64,000 nt of DNA from the human T2T-CHM13v2.0 reference genome, Homo sapiens. Below are positions 1 through 20,604 of this stretch, piece by piece; the first letter of the stretch is position 1; the number at the start of each line of letters is the position of its first letter. The notes beneath the pieces are model-generated. The model searched no databases and was not told the DNA's origin. It saw nothing but the letters and a program-made list of their open reading frames with translations. The DNA is taken from the NCBI RefSeq assembly GCF_009914755.1, contig NC_060947.1. One strand, written 5' to 3'. The position numbers and the translations under genes are program-made.

Positions 1-68
1 CAGGAATTTGAGTTCAGCCTAGGCAACATAGCCAGACACGGTAGGTATCTCAAAAGAAAAAAAGAAAA

Positions 69-363
69 GGCCCGGTGCAAAGGCTCACCCCTATAATCCT
101 AGCACTTTGAGAGGCCAAGGTGGGTGGATTGCTTGAGCTCAGGAGTTCAAGACCAGCCTGGGGAACATGGCGAAACCCCTTCTCTACAAAAAATACAAAA
201 ATTAGCCAGGTGTGGTGGCATGCACCTGTAGTCCCAGCTACTCAGGAGGCTGAGGTGGGAGGATCACTTGGGAGGTCAAGGCTGCAGTGAGCCATCATCG
301 CACCATTGCACTCCAGCCTGGGTGACAGAGTGAGACCCTGTCTCAAAAAAAAAAAAAAAAAAA
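69..363 (+). mobile_element. Alu (J-like)
   Basis: Dimeric Alu with A-rich linker and poly(A) tail. Confidence 0.92.
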
Positions 364-683
364 AGGATTAAAATAGGAGAGAGTGTGTGAAAATGCCTTC
401 CCTGTACTTGGTTCCATATATAAGGGCTTTTCAGGTACAGTGACCTTGGGGAGGTGGGAAAAATGTAGGACTATGGCATTTGATACACTCAAGACAGTTT
501 TCTTCAAAAATAAAAGAACAGGACTTCCTTTGAATACAGGAGTGTAGAATTGCAAGAAACGCTCCACAAACTACTTTTTCATTTAAAAAATTATGGTGAA
601 ATATACATAACATGAACGTTTCCATCTTAAATTAGCTGGGTGTGATGGTGCTTGCCTGCAGTTCCAGTGCCTGTGGTCCATTA

Positions 684-1040
<357 letters not shown>

Positions 1041-1529
1041 AATCACCAAAAGAGACACCCTTTGATTCAAACAAGCAGAGTTGGCCATATTCATGACTCG
1101 TTTTACCTTTCTTTTGAAAATATGAAGCTTCCAGATTCCAATGATATGGTTTGTTCACAGTCTGTCCTCCATTCACCTAGAAAAGGGGAGATTGCTTTCT
1201 CTTTTAAAAAGGAAAGCTTAAAACAGAGAAAAGGTTCAGGTAGAGGAACAAATGAGATCAAAATTCCCAATTTGATACTCAATGATTTTAAATGCTGAGT
1301 TTTTATCCAGAAATATTGCATGATGATATATTAAAATAAATCCTTAATAGAACAGAATGCTCAAGAAATGGGGATTATTCTTTTTAATGGCACTTTCTGA
1401 TGAACTGAAAATTAACAAGAAACCCATGTTTTGTCTATTTCTATCCTTTACGTTGAAAAAATTGTGAAAATATGCATTAGTCCATTTTCCTCTCAAATTT
1501 GAAGAGTCTAGCAAACAAAATTAAACCTT

Positions 1530-1705
1530 TGATTCAAAGTCTTTGGCTTGAATTCTATCATAGGCACTTATCAGCTGTGTGATTTCAGGTAGGTTATTTA
1601 ATCTCTTTTGTCTTAATTTCCTCATCTGCAAAATAGCGATAGTTATTAATTCATGCATAATGCATAGCATGGTATTTGGCATATTGTAAGCCCTTAGCAA
1701 ATTTT
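1530..1705 (+). mobile_element. MIR fragment
   Basis: MIR core-like tttcctcatctgcaaaatag. Confidence 0.6.
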
Positions 1706-4700
1706 AGCTCTTACCATTATCACTATTTATTATTGTTAAATGTACAGCACCATCGTAGGTGCAATGGGGGAATAAGAAAAGTAGGAGAACCAGATGGAAA
1801 TTCCAGGTGCTTACTGCGCAGGTAAGGTATACAAGAATTACATCCACAAAACAGTTTGGTTTTAGCGGGATGCTGTAAGTTATGAAGGTTCCTGTCAAAT
1901 GAGTGATGCACACTTCAGGCCCACAGGGGTTCAGGGAGGGGAGAAAAGAGCTGGGAAGGTAAGGTTGAGAAAGGGAAGGAAGAGGAAGGAGGAGAGTTGA
2001 AAGGAGGAGGAAAAGGCATGACAGAAGCAAGCCCAGAATGATTCAGCTAGACGAGGAAGGAGGATGGAACAATACCAGCTAAGAAAGGTGTGGGTCAGAA
2101 ATGAGCATGGCATATTCTGGAGGTCTGCTGTGTGGTTGCAGTGCCTCAGGGTCATCATTTTGGAGATCAAACGTCCTTGCTAGGACTGTAACTGAAAAAG
2201 AAGCGGACAATTGGATCGAATGGATGCTGACCCCTGGGACTTCTCTAAATGGTATACAAAGCACAACACAATGAAAACCACAGCAAAATAATTTTAAAAG
2301 ACTTAAAAAGGAAAAAGGGATTAAAAGAAAAAAGACTTTCCTGGTGATTTACCTTACCCTGCAATAAATACACAATCCTGATGAACCAATGTTCTCTGCA
2401 AATATGATCCTATTTAATTGAGACATTGATATATAATTTTACAAGGCTTATCAGCTATGGGAGAGAACAAGCCACACTTGTGCAAAGATCCCTGAAATGT
2501 CAGGGAGTGGGGCTATGAATAGAGAAATTCAAAATGCCATTTGAACTTTGCCTGTGGGTTGAGGCCTTCTCAGGGTTCCCCAGGGAGGAAATGATAAGGA
2601 GTAGTGTGAGGTGAACAGACCTTGATTTCTGGCCTAGGCTTTGCTTGTTACCCTTGTACAGGGACTTCATACTTGTGAAGATGACCTTCTTATCTTTTCA
2701 TGTCCTGCCTGTTGACCATCACAATTGATGATCAGCCTTCTTGCTTCCTATTTAGAATGAATGGATTGAGCCCTCAAGCAGAGTTTTAAGACTATAGATG
2801 TTCATTTAATGGAAGAACAGGTTGGGCCATGGAGATGCCCTAAAGTCTAAGGCTCTATGTTAAATAAACACCAGAAGAACCAATTCAGTACCTTGCAATA
2901 TTTCTGTGTGACTGTGACTCCCTGTTGGAATTGAGGTTTTGATATGGTAGGCGGGCCCATGAAATTCATTGGACATGCTTGGAAATTCCTTCTGGTTAAA
3001 GTGAAGAAATAGAACCATCCTGGGTATTTCTTGAGGTACTGGGGCTGGGCACCTTGGCCAGGGACAATCATATCATAGGACCCCCTCTCTATCCTGGTTT
3101 TCCCTCTTTCCTCATGAATATTTCAGTCCTGGAGAGGCCCCTTGGGATGATCAGTTGAGTTAATGAAAGGTAGGAATGAGAGGAAAAGAGAAAGGGTAGC
3201 CGCATTGCTTTGCCTTGTGATGGGGACTGGGGAAAGAGATACTAGGGACTGATTTGCATATGAACCTGTGTTCTGTTTTTCCTGTCTTCTCTTCTGTAAA
3301 GCCCTGCTGGCTAGAGCCACCTCCTTGAGCCCCACTGGCTACCTCCCAGAGACACTATACAGTTGGCAGTGCCAACTTACCACCTATCTCCCCACACCAC
3401 AGCAACAGCTTGGTCCCCAGCCATGGACATGGCTTTCTTTCTCCCCTAGGTCACCACAGGCTGATTTCCTACTCCTGACTTCAAACATCTGCTTCATCTC
3501 TTTGTCTCTCTTGTTCAAAGGGAATTGGTCAGAGACTCTTCCTTGGTCTCTACTCTGCCTCTTATTTATTTCCTGAACCAAGATTCTTGAGCCTGGAATA
3601 GAAAATTGTGTTCCAACTCCACAGTTTTCATAGAGACCCTAGTTTTGTCTGGGGGCTGTGTTTCAGAAGGGTCCAGGTGTATCAATTATGCTGCCCATGC
3701 CTGTATGCCATCTCTTCAATCACTTGTGTCCCCTTGTTTGTGAAGCACAACAGAGTGTGCTTTCAGAAAGAGTCTTTTGTATTCCTAGAGTCTAAAAATA
3801 TTTGCATGTAAATGTTGGGAATCCAGACAGTCTCCTTAAGATCTGCGCTTCTCATGGGGAGGCACACAGACCATTGGGGTGCATTTGAAAATTAAATTTA
3901 CACAAATTGCACCTTGGGTCCCTGCCCCATAGTGCTGTGCTAACATCTGAGAAGGAGAGAGTGTGACATTGATCAAGGCAAAGCATAAATAACCACATTT
4001 CAAAATGAATACAAATTGCATAATGACAGTTTCCAAACTATTAGCCTACTTTACAAAAAAAGTTAATTCAACACAAGCCCAGAACTGGCTGTTGCTTATG
4101 TGCTGTGCTGCCAGTTGGCGGGCACAGCTTTGCAAGGGGATTGGGGGAAATGAGGATTATTGTAGTGGAAGCACACTCGGCCTTTTGTGAGGAGGGTACA
4201 AATTGCATCACTCTCTCAAGCCCCTGCTGTTCAGCCGTTCAAGAGTGGACACCAGGATACTGCATGCCTTCAGGGGAAGTTGCTTACTTTTCCTAGAGGT
4301 AAAATGGCCCAGTGCCGAGGCTTGGGGAGGAGCCCTGAGTTTATAGCCCCTTGAAGGAAAAAGGTCTGGGCAGCTGGAGGTGATACGCACTGAGGAGCTA
4401 CACCTGCAATGGTATGTGCTGCCCCTAGCTGGGCAGTCCTGGGCACCAAGGGAGGCCATGGCGATACAGAAGCTGGCCTTCTCTGGGATGAACTCTGCAT
4501 GCTATCTTGGGCAGACCATTCCGCTGCTCTGGGCCTGTGTCTCCTCATCTGTAAAATGAAGAGAGTGCACTGGATGGCTGTGAAAACCCCCTTCCGCTCG
4601 AAAAGAATGCCATGGTCTCTTCCTTTAAATTGCACGTCCCCTAGAAAGAGAAAGGCCCATTGCTTGGAAGAGTGGCATGAAATGATGGTATTGGTTCCTT

Positions 4701-5104
4701 GTGGTCGCCATACTTTTACTGCAGGACTCAGGAATGTTTGTTTCATTTGCAAAGGAACATGAGAAAGTGCCTGCTAGGAAAAAGGAGGTGTCTGGGGCAA
4801 AGGGTTCATTCTCTTTGGGTCACCCTACTGCCTTGACTAATTGGAAGGGAGCATTAGGAAAGTCCCAGATGAATTCCCCCAATTTCATGCAGCATTCTCA
4901 GAAAGACGAGTGTGTGATGAGGGTTATGCTATGATATGTACTGCCTCCAGAGAGCCTCCACTCAAGGTTTGAGAGCCCTGCTCCAGGATCTATGCACCAC
5001 TTTGTACTAACTCCCCTACTTCCATCAGTAGGAGTCCCTGGGGTACAGAAATTTGAATTAGACAAAGTTGGATTTACCAATTAGGAAATTCAGTAAAGGA
5101 CTCA

Positions 5105-5394
5105 ATTTTTATTTAATCATTTATTTTTAGAGACAAGGTCTTGCTGTGTTGCCCAGGCTGGAGTGCAATGGTGTAATCATAGCTCGTTGCAGCCTCAAAC
5201 TCTTGAGCTCAACCCATCCCCCTGCCCCAACCTTCCAAGTAGCTGGGACTACTGGATAAATTTTTTAAAAAAATTGTAGAAACAGAGTCTTGCTATGTTG
5301 CCCAGGAGGGTCTCAAGCACTTGGCCTCAAGCGATCCTCCGGCCTCAGCTTCCCAAAGTGTTGAAATTATAGACGTGAGTTGCTGCATCTGGCC
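5105..5394 (-). mobile_element. Alu (J-like)
   Basis: Reverse Alu sequence. Confidence 0.88.
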
Positions 5395-6207
5395 AGGACT
5401 CTATTCAAGCACCATATTTTACCTTCAGGTTTTCAACAATTCCTAGAGCTACCAGCTCCAAATGATTGGGTAGAAAAACAGTACATCCATACATGCTCAG
5501 CACATGCCCAATTTTAAATATAACACCCCATGATCAAAATTCGGGCAAATGTCTGTTCTTTTGAAAAAAAGTCAAACCACTCTGTTCTTCTATTTTGTAT
5601 ATATTTACAGTAATTTCTCTCTTTGTTTAAGAAGTCACCTTTCACACCTATCTCAAGGGAGACCCTTGTATTCTCAGCTAAAGAATTATTTCTAGTCCCT
5701 TCTTTCTTTGCCCCTTTTTTCTAAGTACTTGTAGTCCAAGTAATGGCTTAGAATTTTGATTCTCAGGCACTTCCAAGTTATACCTCTAAGTTCTGATGAC
5801 ATCTATTTGAAACAAGATCCAAGTTATATAAATCTAGTTTTATTCAAAGAGGCTTCTTGTCCCCCTAAATAGCTCACCTTCTCCCTGCTTAATTTGACCA
5901 TAAAAATTACTGTTGTGAAAGCTCCTTGGCATATGTTCTTCAATGTGAAACAATTTTAGAAAGCAATAGCATATCCAGAATTATTAGAGTACTGCACAAT
6001 GCTGAAGCTCCTGCACCCCTCCTGAGATCACATTCATAACTTTTCAGCTAAAACTAACTTCTGCAAAGACCATCTATGAAAGGTAAATGTTATTTGCTGA
6101 GAGCTAATTTCTAAAGGCTTTTTATAAATTAATTTCCTTATATTACAATAATTCTTATCCATGTCTTAGGGAATTGGAAACACGCTTTAAGAGAAATGCT
6201 GTTTAGA

Positions 6208-6440
6208 AGCCAGGCGCAGTGGCTCGCACCTCTAATCCCCAAACATTGGGAGGCTAAAGTGGAAAGATTGCTTGATGCCAGGAGTTTGAGACCAGCCTGG
6301 GCAACAGAGTGCAACCTTGTCTTGACAAAAACAAACAAACAAAACAAAACAAAACAAAAAACAAATTAGCCTGGTGTGGTGACACGCGTTTGTAGTCCTA
6401 GCTACAGAGCGAGACCCTGTCCCTAAAAAGAGAGAGAGAG
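6208..6440 (+). mobile_element. Alu with most of the right arm deleted
   Basis: tgtagtcctagctac joins directly to agagcgagaccctgt. Confidence 0.85.
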
Positions 6441-6498
6441 AGACATGCTTTTTCTGAGATTATTGTAGAAGACCTCCTCCTTTTAAAGCCTAGACTGA

Positions 6499-6848
<350 letters not shown>

Positions 6849-7467
6849 AAGAGGAAGTATTTATCTGCAGGAATGTTTTGCATATTTCCTGTCCCCATCC
6901 CACTATCCCTCCTTAAATCATCTGGAACCTGGAAGAAGTAGATATGACTTGAAAATAATATAAATGTCTCTCGAAGACTCTATTCATGTATGCAAAAGAA
7001 TATTTGTATTTTTGCTTCTTCCAGGCTGCCTGAGATGAAAAAAAATGCTCTATGTTTGTGTGTGTCCAATTGGTTATGAATTAACTGTGGGATTCGTGTG
7101 CTGGATGCTGTTTGGCTTTGAGTCTCAGGGTGGCAAGGCTGGATGGGGTATTGGCACCTTTATTTGTACAGACCCTGTAGCTCCAAGAGGACTTAAAGCA
7201 TTGAGAAACCAGATGTTAACAAAAGGGAAACAATGGGAAACAAGAAAGGCTGAGTTTCAAAATCACCCGGTGAGGTTGGCAATGGGCATCACAGATGCAT
7301 TCCTGGATGTTTCTCACTCCCATCAGAGACTGGGACTCTTGGGGAGGTAATGACCTCCTTGCTGCAGAAATCTTAGATATAATCTAATCTAAGACTCTAA
7401 CTGCTTTGCTAATGCTTGACATCCTTATGTGTGAAGGGAGAGAAGAAAGGAATAAAAAGTATCAGGC

Positions 7468-7764
<297 letters not shown>

Positions 7765-8462
7765 GTATCAGGCAACACTGCAAAAAAAAGTATGCTTTTC
7801 TGAGAAAACAGAGCTGCCCTTCAAACTGGGAGCATGTAACTGCTGTGAAACTTGTCTTTGATAACCCCCTCAAGCCCGCCTCCTGTGAGAAGAAATTCTG
7901 GTATAACTATGACACCCTTATCTGAAGCCATTGTTATCATTTCATAGCATAAAATGTGTTCATAAAATTACTGCAAATGGCTAGAAATTGCTCAAAAGTA
8001 AAGGCTCTACGAAAAAGTTAAATGTTTAAAAAATAGTGGGCTTGGCCTCCTCCCACTCCCCCATTTTGGTTTTTGTTGCTTCCTACCGAGGCAGATTTGC
8101 ATAAAGACTGCAGACATAGCAAAGGTCTGACCACTTCTTTTCAGTGAGTGATTATTCTGGAACACTGCTCAGGGACCATCTCTTGCTTTGAACTAAACCA
8201 AAAGGTTCCCTTTCAATTTAATTGGCAGGAACCAAGATTCTCTCAAAGATGTTGAAGGTGAAAAACACACTGGAAGGTGTGACTGCCCACTTCTTAGCTG
8301 GGGAAGCTACAGTAATAGGTTCTCCTGGCCTAATGGTGGAGAAAAGACAGAGCACCTCTTTCTGGTCTTGATGGAGCCCCTTCTTGTGTCTCCTTTGAAG
8401 TTGCAGAACCTCTGGGCCAGAATAGTTCCTATTCCTCTGTCTCCTCCACAAAGCAGAGGGCA

Positions 8463-8757
8463 GGCTGGGTGTAGTGGCTCACACCTGTAATCCCAGCACT
8501 TTGGGAGGCTGGAGGCAGGAGGATCGCTCAAGAACAGGAGTTTGAGACCAGCCTGGGCACTGCAATGAGACCCCTATCTCTACAAAATATACAACAGAAA
8601 CTAGCTAGGCTTGGTGGTGCACCTGTAGTCCCAGCTACTCAGGAGGCTGAGGCAGGAGGATCGCTTGAGCCTAGGAGTTCGAGGGTGCAATGAGCTATGA
8701 TCATGTAATTGCACTCCAGGCTGGGCGACAGAGACCTGTCTCAAAAGAAAAAAAAAA
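8463..8757 (+). mobile_element. Alu (J-like)
   Basis: Dimeric Alu with poly(A). Confidence 0.9.
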
Positions 8758-9212
8758 GGGGGCAGGGAGCAGAATTTGGAGAGTACTAGATGCACATTTG
8801 GCTGCCCCGTTCCCTCAGGGCTCTGTGAGTAGCGTCTTAGTAAGTTTCTCTTAGAGTCCATGATTTAGCCTGAGCTCCTTAGCATGAATGGAACGTGGCC
8901 CTCCCTGGAAACGCACTGTTCTCTTACTAGACTCCCATCCTGCACATTTATATGCTCCCAATGGGGCAGGGTAGAGGGGTGAGGATGGGGTGGGGGGAGG
9001 TGTGGAGGGAAAATGGGTGGGTCAATGTAAACCCATCATGGGCACTTGGCAAACTGTGATGTGCAGGACATATTGATGGTGACTCAGGGATATTACCTGA
9101 TGAGAAGAGGTCTCTTCACCATTCTATTCAAATTGCATTCCCTTAGCAATTCCCATCCATATTCTACTGACCCCATTTGGCATACAAAACCAACGTACTA
9201 TTAAGTCACATC

Positions 9213-9218
9213 TTTATT
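9213..9218 (-). terminator. ESX1 polyadenylation signal AATAAA
   Basis: tttatt on + strand, about 170 nt past the stop, followed on the minus strand by U/GU-rich sequence (GTTGGTTTTGT). Confidence 0.8.
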
Positions 9219-9385
9219 GAAAATACTACAATTATGTGGCCTACAAAAATAACAGGGCATTCGTTAACTTTGTTCACCTACCCACTTCATTTAACAAGCA
9301 TCTAACGAATTACTTGATGCTGTGCTGTGCACAATTTCTATCTGGCAGGAAAGAACTTTGGAAAAACTGTTATGAATACCTTACT

Positions 9386-13979
<4,594 letters not shown>

Positions 13980-14136
13980 GCTTCAAGCGCTGTCGATAAA
14001 GCTGTGCACTTCTGCAGACTCTGTGCGTGGTTCCGCGGCGATCCCGGGGTTGGAACTGGCTCTGGGACCAATGGCTCGGGCGAGCGCTTTTCTGGCGCCG
14101 GGACCTCTTTCTGGCGCCGTCTGGCACTTGCGCGCC

Positions 14137-14144
14137 CTATATAG
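14137..14144. promoter_or_regulatory. Palindromic TATA-like element CTATATAG about 160 bp upstream of the ESX1 ATG
   Basis: Isolated TA run within GC-rich promoter; function inferred. Confidence 0.4.
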
Positions 14145-14420
14145 CGGTACGGTGCCTTCCGCAGGTTCAAAGCGTATGCACACGCGTCGGTTAAACGCCC
14201 CCTATTAGCATTCACAGTACATCTAGTTGTGAGTGCGACCCCCGGGGGACGCATTCGTGTCCAGGGCGTACGAAAAATAGGGCGAGCGTGCGCAAGCATG
14301 GTGCAGGTAGTGAACATGCTTTGCGGGGAACAGTGGCCCCAAATTGCTGCTTAACTAACTACTCCCAACTTGAGCAGAGACCCAGATTGGAAAAAGCGGC
14401 TGGGTTGTGAAAGCCGATTT

Positions 14421-14470
14421 GGGGGCGAGGAGACGAGGGGGCGAGGGGGCGAGGGGGCGAGGGGGCGGGG
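14421..14470 (+). repeat. (CGAGGGGG)4 tandem repeat; GC-box and G-quadruplex-prone tract in the promoter
   Basis: Units at 14434-14465 plus flanking G runs. Confidence 0.85.
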
Positions 14471-15367
14471 TGAGACCTCGCACCAGCCCGTGGAGAGGTA
14501 TTTTGGCAGTGTTCCTCCGCCCAACCGTCTTTACCTCGCAGCACTTGGGTGGAGCGATGCCCTTTGCTTCCCCCACGGAAAAGACCGAGAGATGGCGTTG
14601 AGGAAAGCGCGGAAAGTTCAGCAGCCCAAACATGCGAAAGTGAACTTGTTAGTCTACCATGCAATTGGGTTCTGAGCACGACTCTCCCCTGCTAGAAATT
14701 AGTGACAAATGGATAGGACTATCTAGTTCTGTACAGTTCGCGCCAAAGTCAGGATAGTGATAAGGTGCAATGATTGGCTAGAAGGCTGCTTGCTCTGGAT
14801 TTTTGAATTCAGAACCCACCGTGCATTCCGGGAGCGGGAATTTGGGGCTGAATTTGAAGAGCAGTCCGCTGCTCAGGTGCACGCTGCAAGAAACCCAACG
14901 TGCTTTTTGAGAAAGCTCCAAGGACTTAAGCTTTTTAGTAATGAACTTATGTCAGAGTGCAAGTATAGAAATCTGCTAAGTGCATAGTGCATCCAAGAAT
15001 GCTTACACTACGGGGGCCCCGTCTTTTGATGCGCGGCACTTGAAACGTCTGCTGTACTAGGTTCCTGCGCTTCTTATTGCAGCGCGCTTTGCAGAAGCCC
15101 GTTCTGCAGGCTCCTAAAGCGCGCGTATTCCCCGGGTTTGTGCTGTGGACCTGGGAGAGTTCCCGCCTTCCCCACTACCCCTTCTTCCTCCTCCCCCTCC
15201 CTTTTTCTAGAACTATCTTCCTGAATTCTTGCTCCATAGTGATGTATCACATTAAAAGTCCTGGGCTATGATTGAAGGCTGTATGGTTCTCCCTCCAATA
15301 AGTGTTTGCAGGTTCTCCAGGACGTGTTAATATCCGTAATATTATAAAAATAACTCTGTAGACTTAG

Positions 15368-15876
<509 letters not shown>

Positions 15877-16350
15877 TATCATCCCCCATTTTTTAAAAAA
15901 AATACAGAAGACTGGGGCCCAAAGAGCCAGGCAACTTGCCAATGGCAATACAAGCCAGTTTTAACTACAAAATGTGTGCATTTTTCACTATATTACGGCT
16001 GTCTTAATTCAAAGGAGTAAATAATAGTGGGATTTCAGCTAAGAGTAGAAGGAGGTGGCATTTGGGGGAGGCATAGTCTTTACAATTCCTGGGTGTGAGG
16101 GGTCTCCTCCTTCTCTTGCACACTAATTCAGGCCTCTTCCCCTTGCTTCAGGGCCTCAGCTGGATGTCCTTAAACCACAGGGTTGGGATCCAGCACTGCT
16201 GGGTTCCCGCAGCCCACCACTTCACGTTTGCTCAATACGGAGAGGATATTAACGGGCAGGATGCTGCATGCACTAGTTGCTGAGCTGGTGTCTGGAAGAC
16301 CTGCTCAGGAGGCAGAGGTCATGAGGCTCACCCTCACTCTCACCCTCATG

Positions 16351-16901
16351 TCAGGGCCACATTATGACTTTCGTGGGCCCTAGGCATTTTTGCCTTCCTG
16401 GGCCCCTTCCTCCATTAAGAAAAAAAATATATATTTTACAGCTGTGTTGGTATAAGGATGAATATAATTTGGGATGGATTATATTAATTTTTTCTTATGA
16501 TTTGAAAAGAAATTAAGACCTTTTCTTTTCTTTCTTTTCCTGAGATGGAGTCTCCGTCTGTCGCCCAGGCTGGAGTGCAGTGATGCCCTCAGGGCTTACG
16601 GCAGCTTTTATCTCCCACGCTCAAGTGATCCTCCCAAATAGCTGGTACTACAGGCTCGCGGGACACTGCTCTCTGCAAATTTTTTTGTTGTTGTTTTTAG
16701 TAGAGACGAGGTCTCTCTATGTAGTTCCAGCTGGTCTCTAACGCCTGGGCTCAAGCGGTCCTGCCTCCTCAGCCTCCCAAAGTGCTGGGATTACAGGCGT
16801 GAGCCACCGTGCCCAGTCAGTTAAGACATTTTCACAGGCCCCTAAAAGTGCGGTGGGCCTAGGGCACTTCGACTACAGTGCCTAATGAATAAGTCCTCCT
16901 G
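16351..16901. mobile_element. hAT-type non-autonomous DNA transposon (ORSL/Tip100-like) split by an Alu
   Basis: Begins cagggccacattatgactttcgtgggccctaggca and ends gtgggcctagggcac...gataagtcctcctg-like; family name from memory. Confidence 0.55.
16521..16818 (-). mobile_element. Alu (J-like) nested in the hAT element
   Basis: TSD ttaagac at 16513-16519 and 16821-16827. Confidence 0.88.
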
Positions 16902-17389
16902 CCTCGTATTCACTTGCAAAAAGATTTCAAGGGTTACAACCCCACAGCCTTTCTGATTTTAAGCAAGACATTTCCTCCTAAGGCTGGCTCCTGCTGAGTC
17001 TGCAGGCCTTCTTCTCTTTGGGCTCCATACCCGGCGAACAATTTTTCCCTGGGATGTTATATCACACAAGAAATCCATACAGGGTTTAATCAAGGTGTGA
17101 AGTAGCCTACCTAGTATATTGGCAACAGTATGGGTGTGTTCTGTCACATCTTAGATTTCCACGGTTTACCAATGTTTTCTAAACCTCAGTCGTTCATGTG
17201 TCCCTTTGCAAGTTTTGCCATATCTGGGTACCAGAGAGGACGGTATTTACTTAACACCCTTACTTAAATTGATTTACTTTTTGAAAACCTTAAATACCTA
17301 ATTAAATCTCATCCTAGGCAAAAATAGCTACGAATTCAAGATTTATGAATGCCAGATTTATGTATACCAGATTTATGTCAAGCACAGCA

Positions 17390-17790
17390 ATAGTTGAGAA
17401 ATAGGGACCCTGAAGCCAGACTGCTGGCTTTGCTTGCCACTTGTTAAATAACTAACTTGGTGAGTTGCATAATCTCCTTGTGCCTTGGTTTTCTCATCTG
17501 TAAAATGGAAATAATGAAAAACACCTACTTCATGGAATTGTTGTGAGGATTAATTGAAATGATAATAGCTAACACTTAGCTAATTCTTACTATTCAATAT
17601 ATACTGTTAATATATACAAAGGGCTGTTCAAAGTAAGATTAAATATTAACACATTTAACCCTCATAACCCTATGGAGGTAAATACTCTAATCCGCATTTT
17701 ACAGATGATGTTACTGAGTCACAGAGAGGTTAATTTACCTAAAGGCATGCAGCTTGTATGTATTGGACCTTGGATTTGAGCCTAGCTTCT
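17390..17790. mobile_element. Two MIR fragments in opposite orientation
   Basis: ttttctcatctgtaaaatggaaataat and cattttacagatgatgttactgag. Confidence 0.7.
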
Positions 17791-17844
17791 TAGAATGATG
17801 CTTTGTAGAGAGAACATGCTGTGGAATGGTAACTATTATGATTT

Positions 17845-18906
<1,062 letters not shown>

Positions 18907-19092
18907 TGAAGTTGCTGTCCCATACAGAGGCTCAGGGTGCCCTAAGTGTGGCTTTGGCACTACCACACCGAGATGGCACACCTGCCTGCTTTCCCCTGGC
19001 TGAGGGCTAGCTGGCTCATGCAGGCTCTGATGCTTTACAGTAGGGACGTGATCTTGAAAATGAAATTTAATGTTAAACTACTCCACTTATGA

Positions 19093-19452
<360 letters not shown>

Positions 19453-19832
19453 CCAGACCAGAGGTCTTTATTCTGGCCTGTAAACTGAGGCAATCTCTAG
19501 ATGGTTTCTAGAGAACCTTACAGTCAAGAGAACTGTAATATTATGGAAGTTTTGTGTTCATAGATTACGTTTCTGCTGCGGGTGAGGGTCCCCTGTCCCA
19601 GGTATGGTCAGTGGTATGGGTAGGGTAGAGGAGCTTTCTGTTCCTTAAGGTGAGTGGCAGCTTATTCACAGCCCTATGTGCTTTCTGATTCTTTCTTCTT
19701 CCTACAAGGGCACTCTGTAGTGAGGGAAATTTTTTCAGTCCTTTGCCAAAAGACCCTACAGCCCACCTCTGATTATTCACCACAACTGACAGCAAGAGTG
19801 GGGTGACTTCTGATGAAACATCAGTGAGGTGA

Positions 19833-20223
<391 letters not shown>

Positions 20224-20234
20224 TAAAGATGTAA

Positions 20235-20604
<370 letters not shown>

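Noticed and set aside
4208-4934. Cluster of 77-160 aa ORFs in largely unique sequence
   Set aside because: No domain similarity, overlapping on both strands, and includes a MIR-like core (ctcctcatctgtaaaatg)
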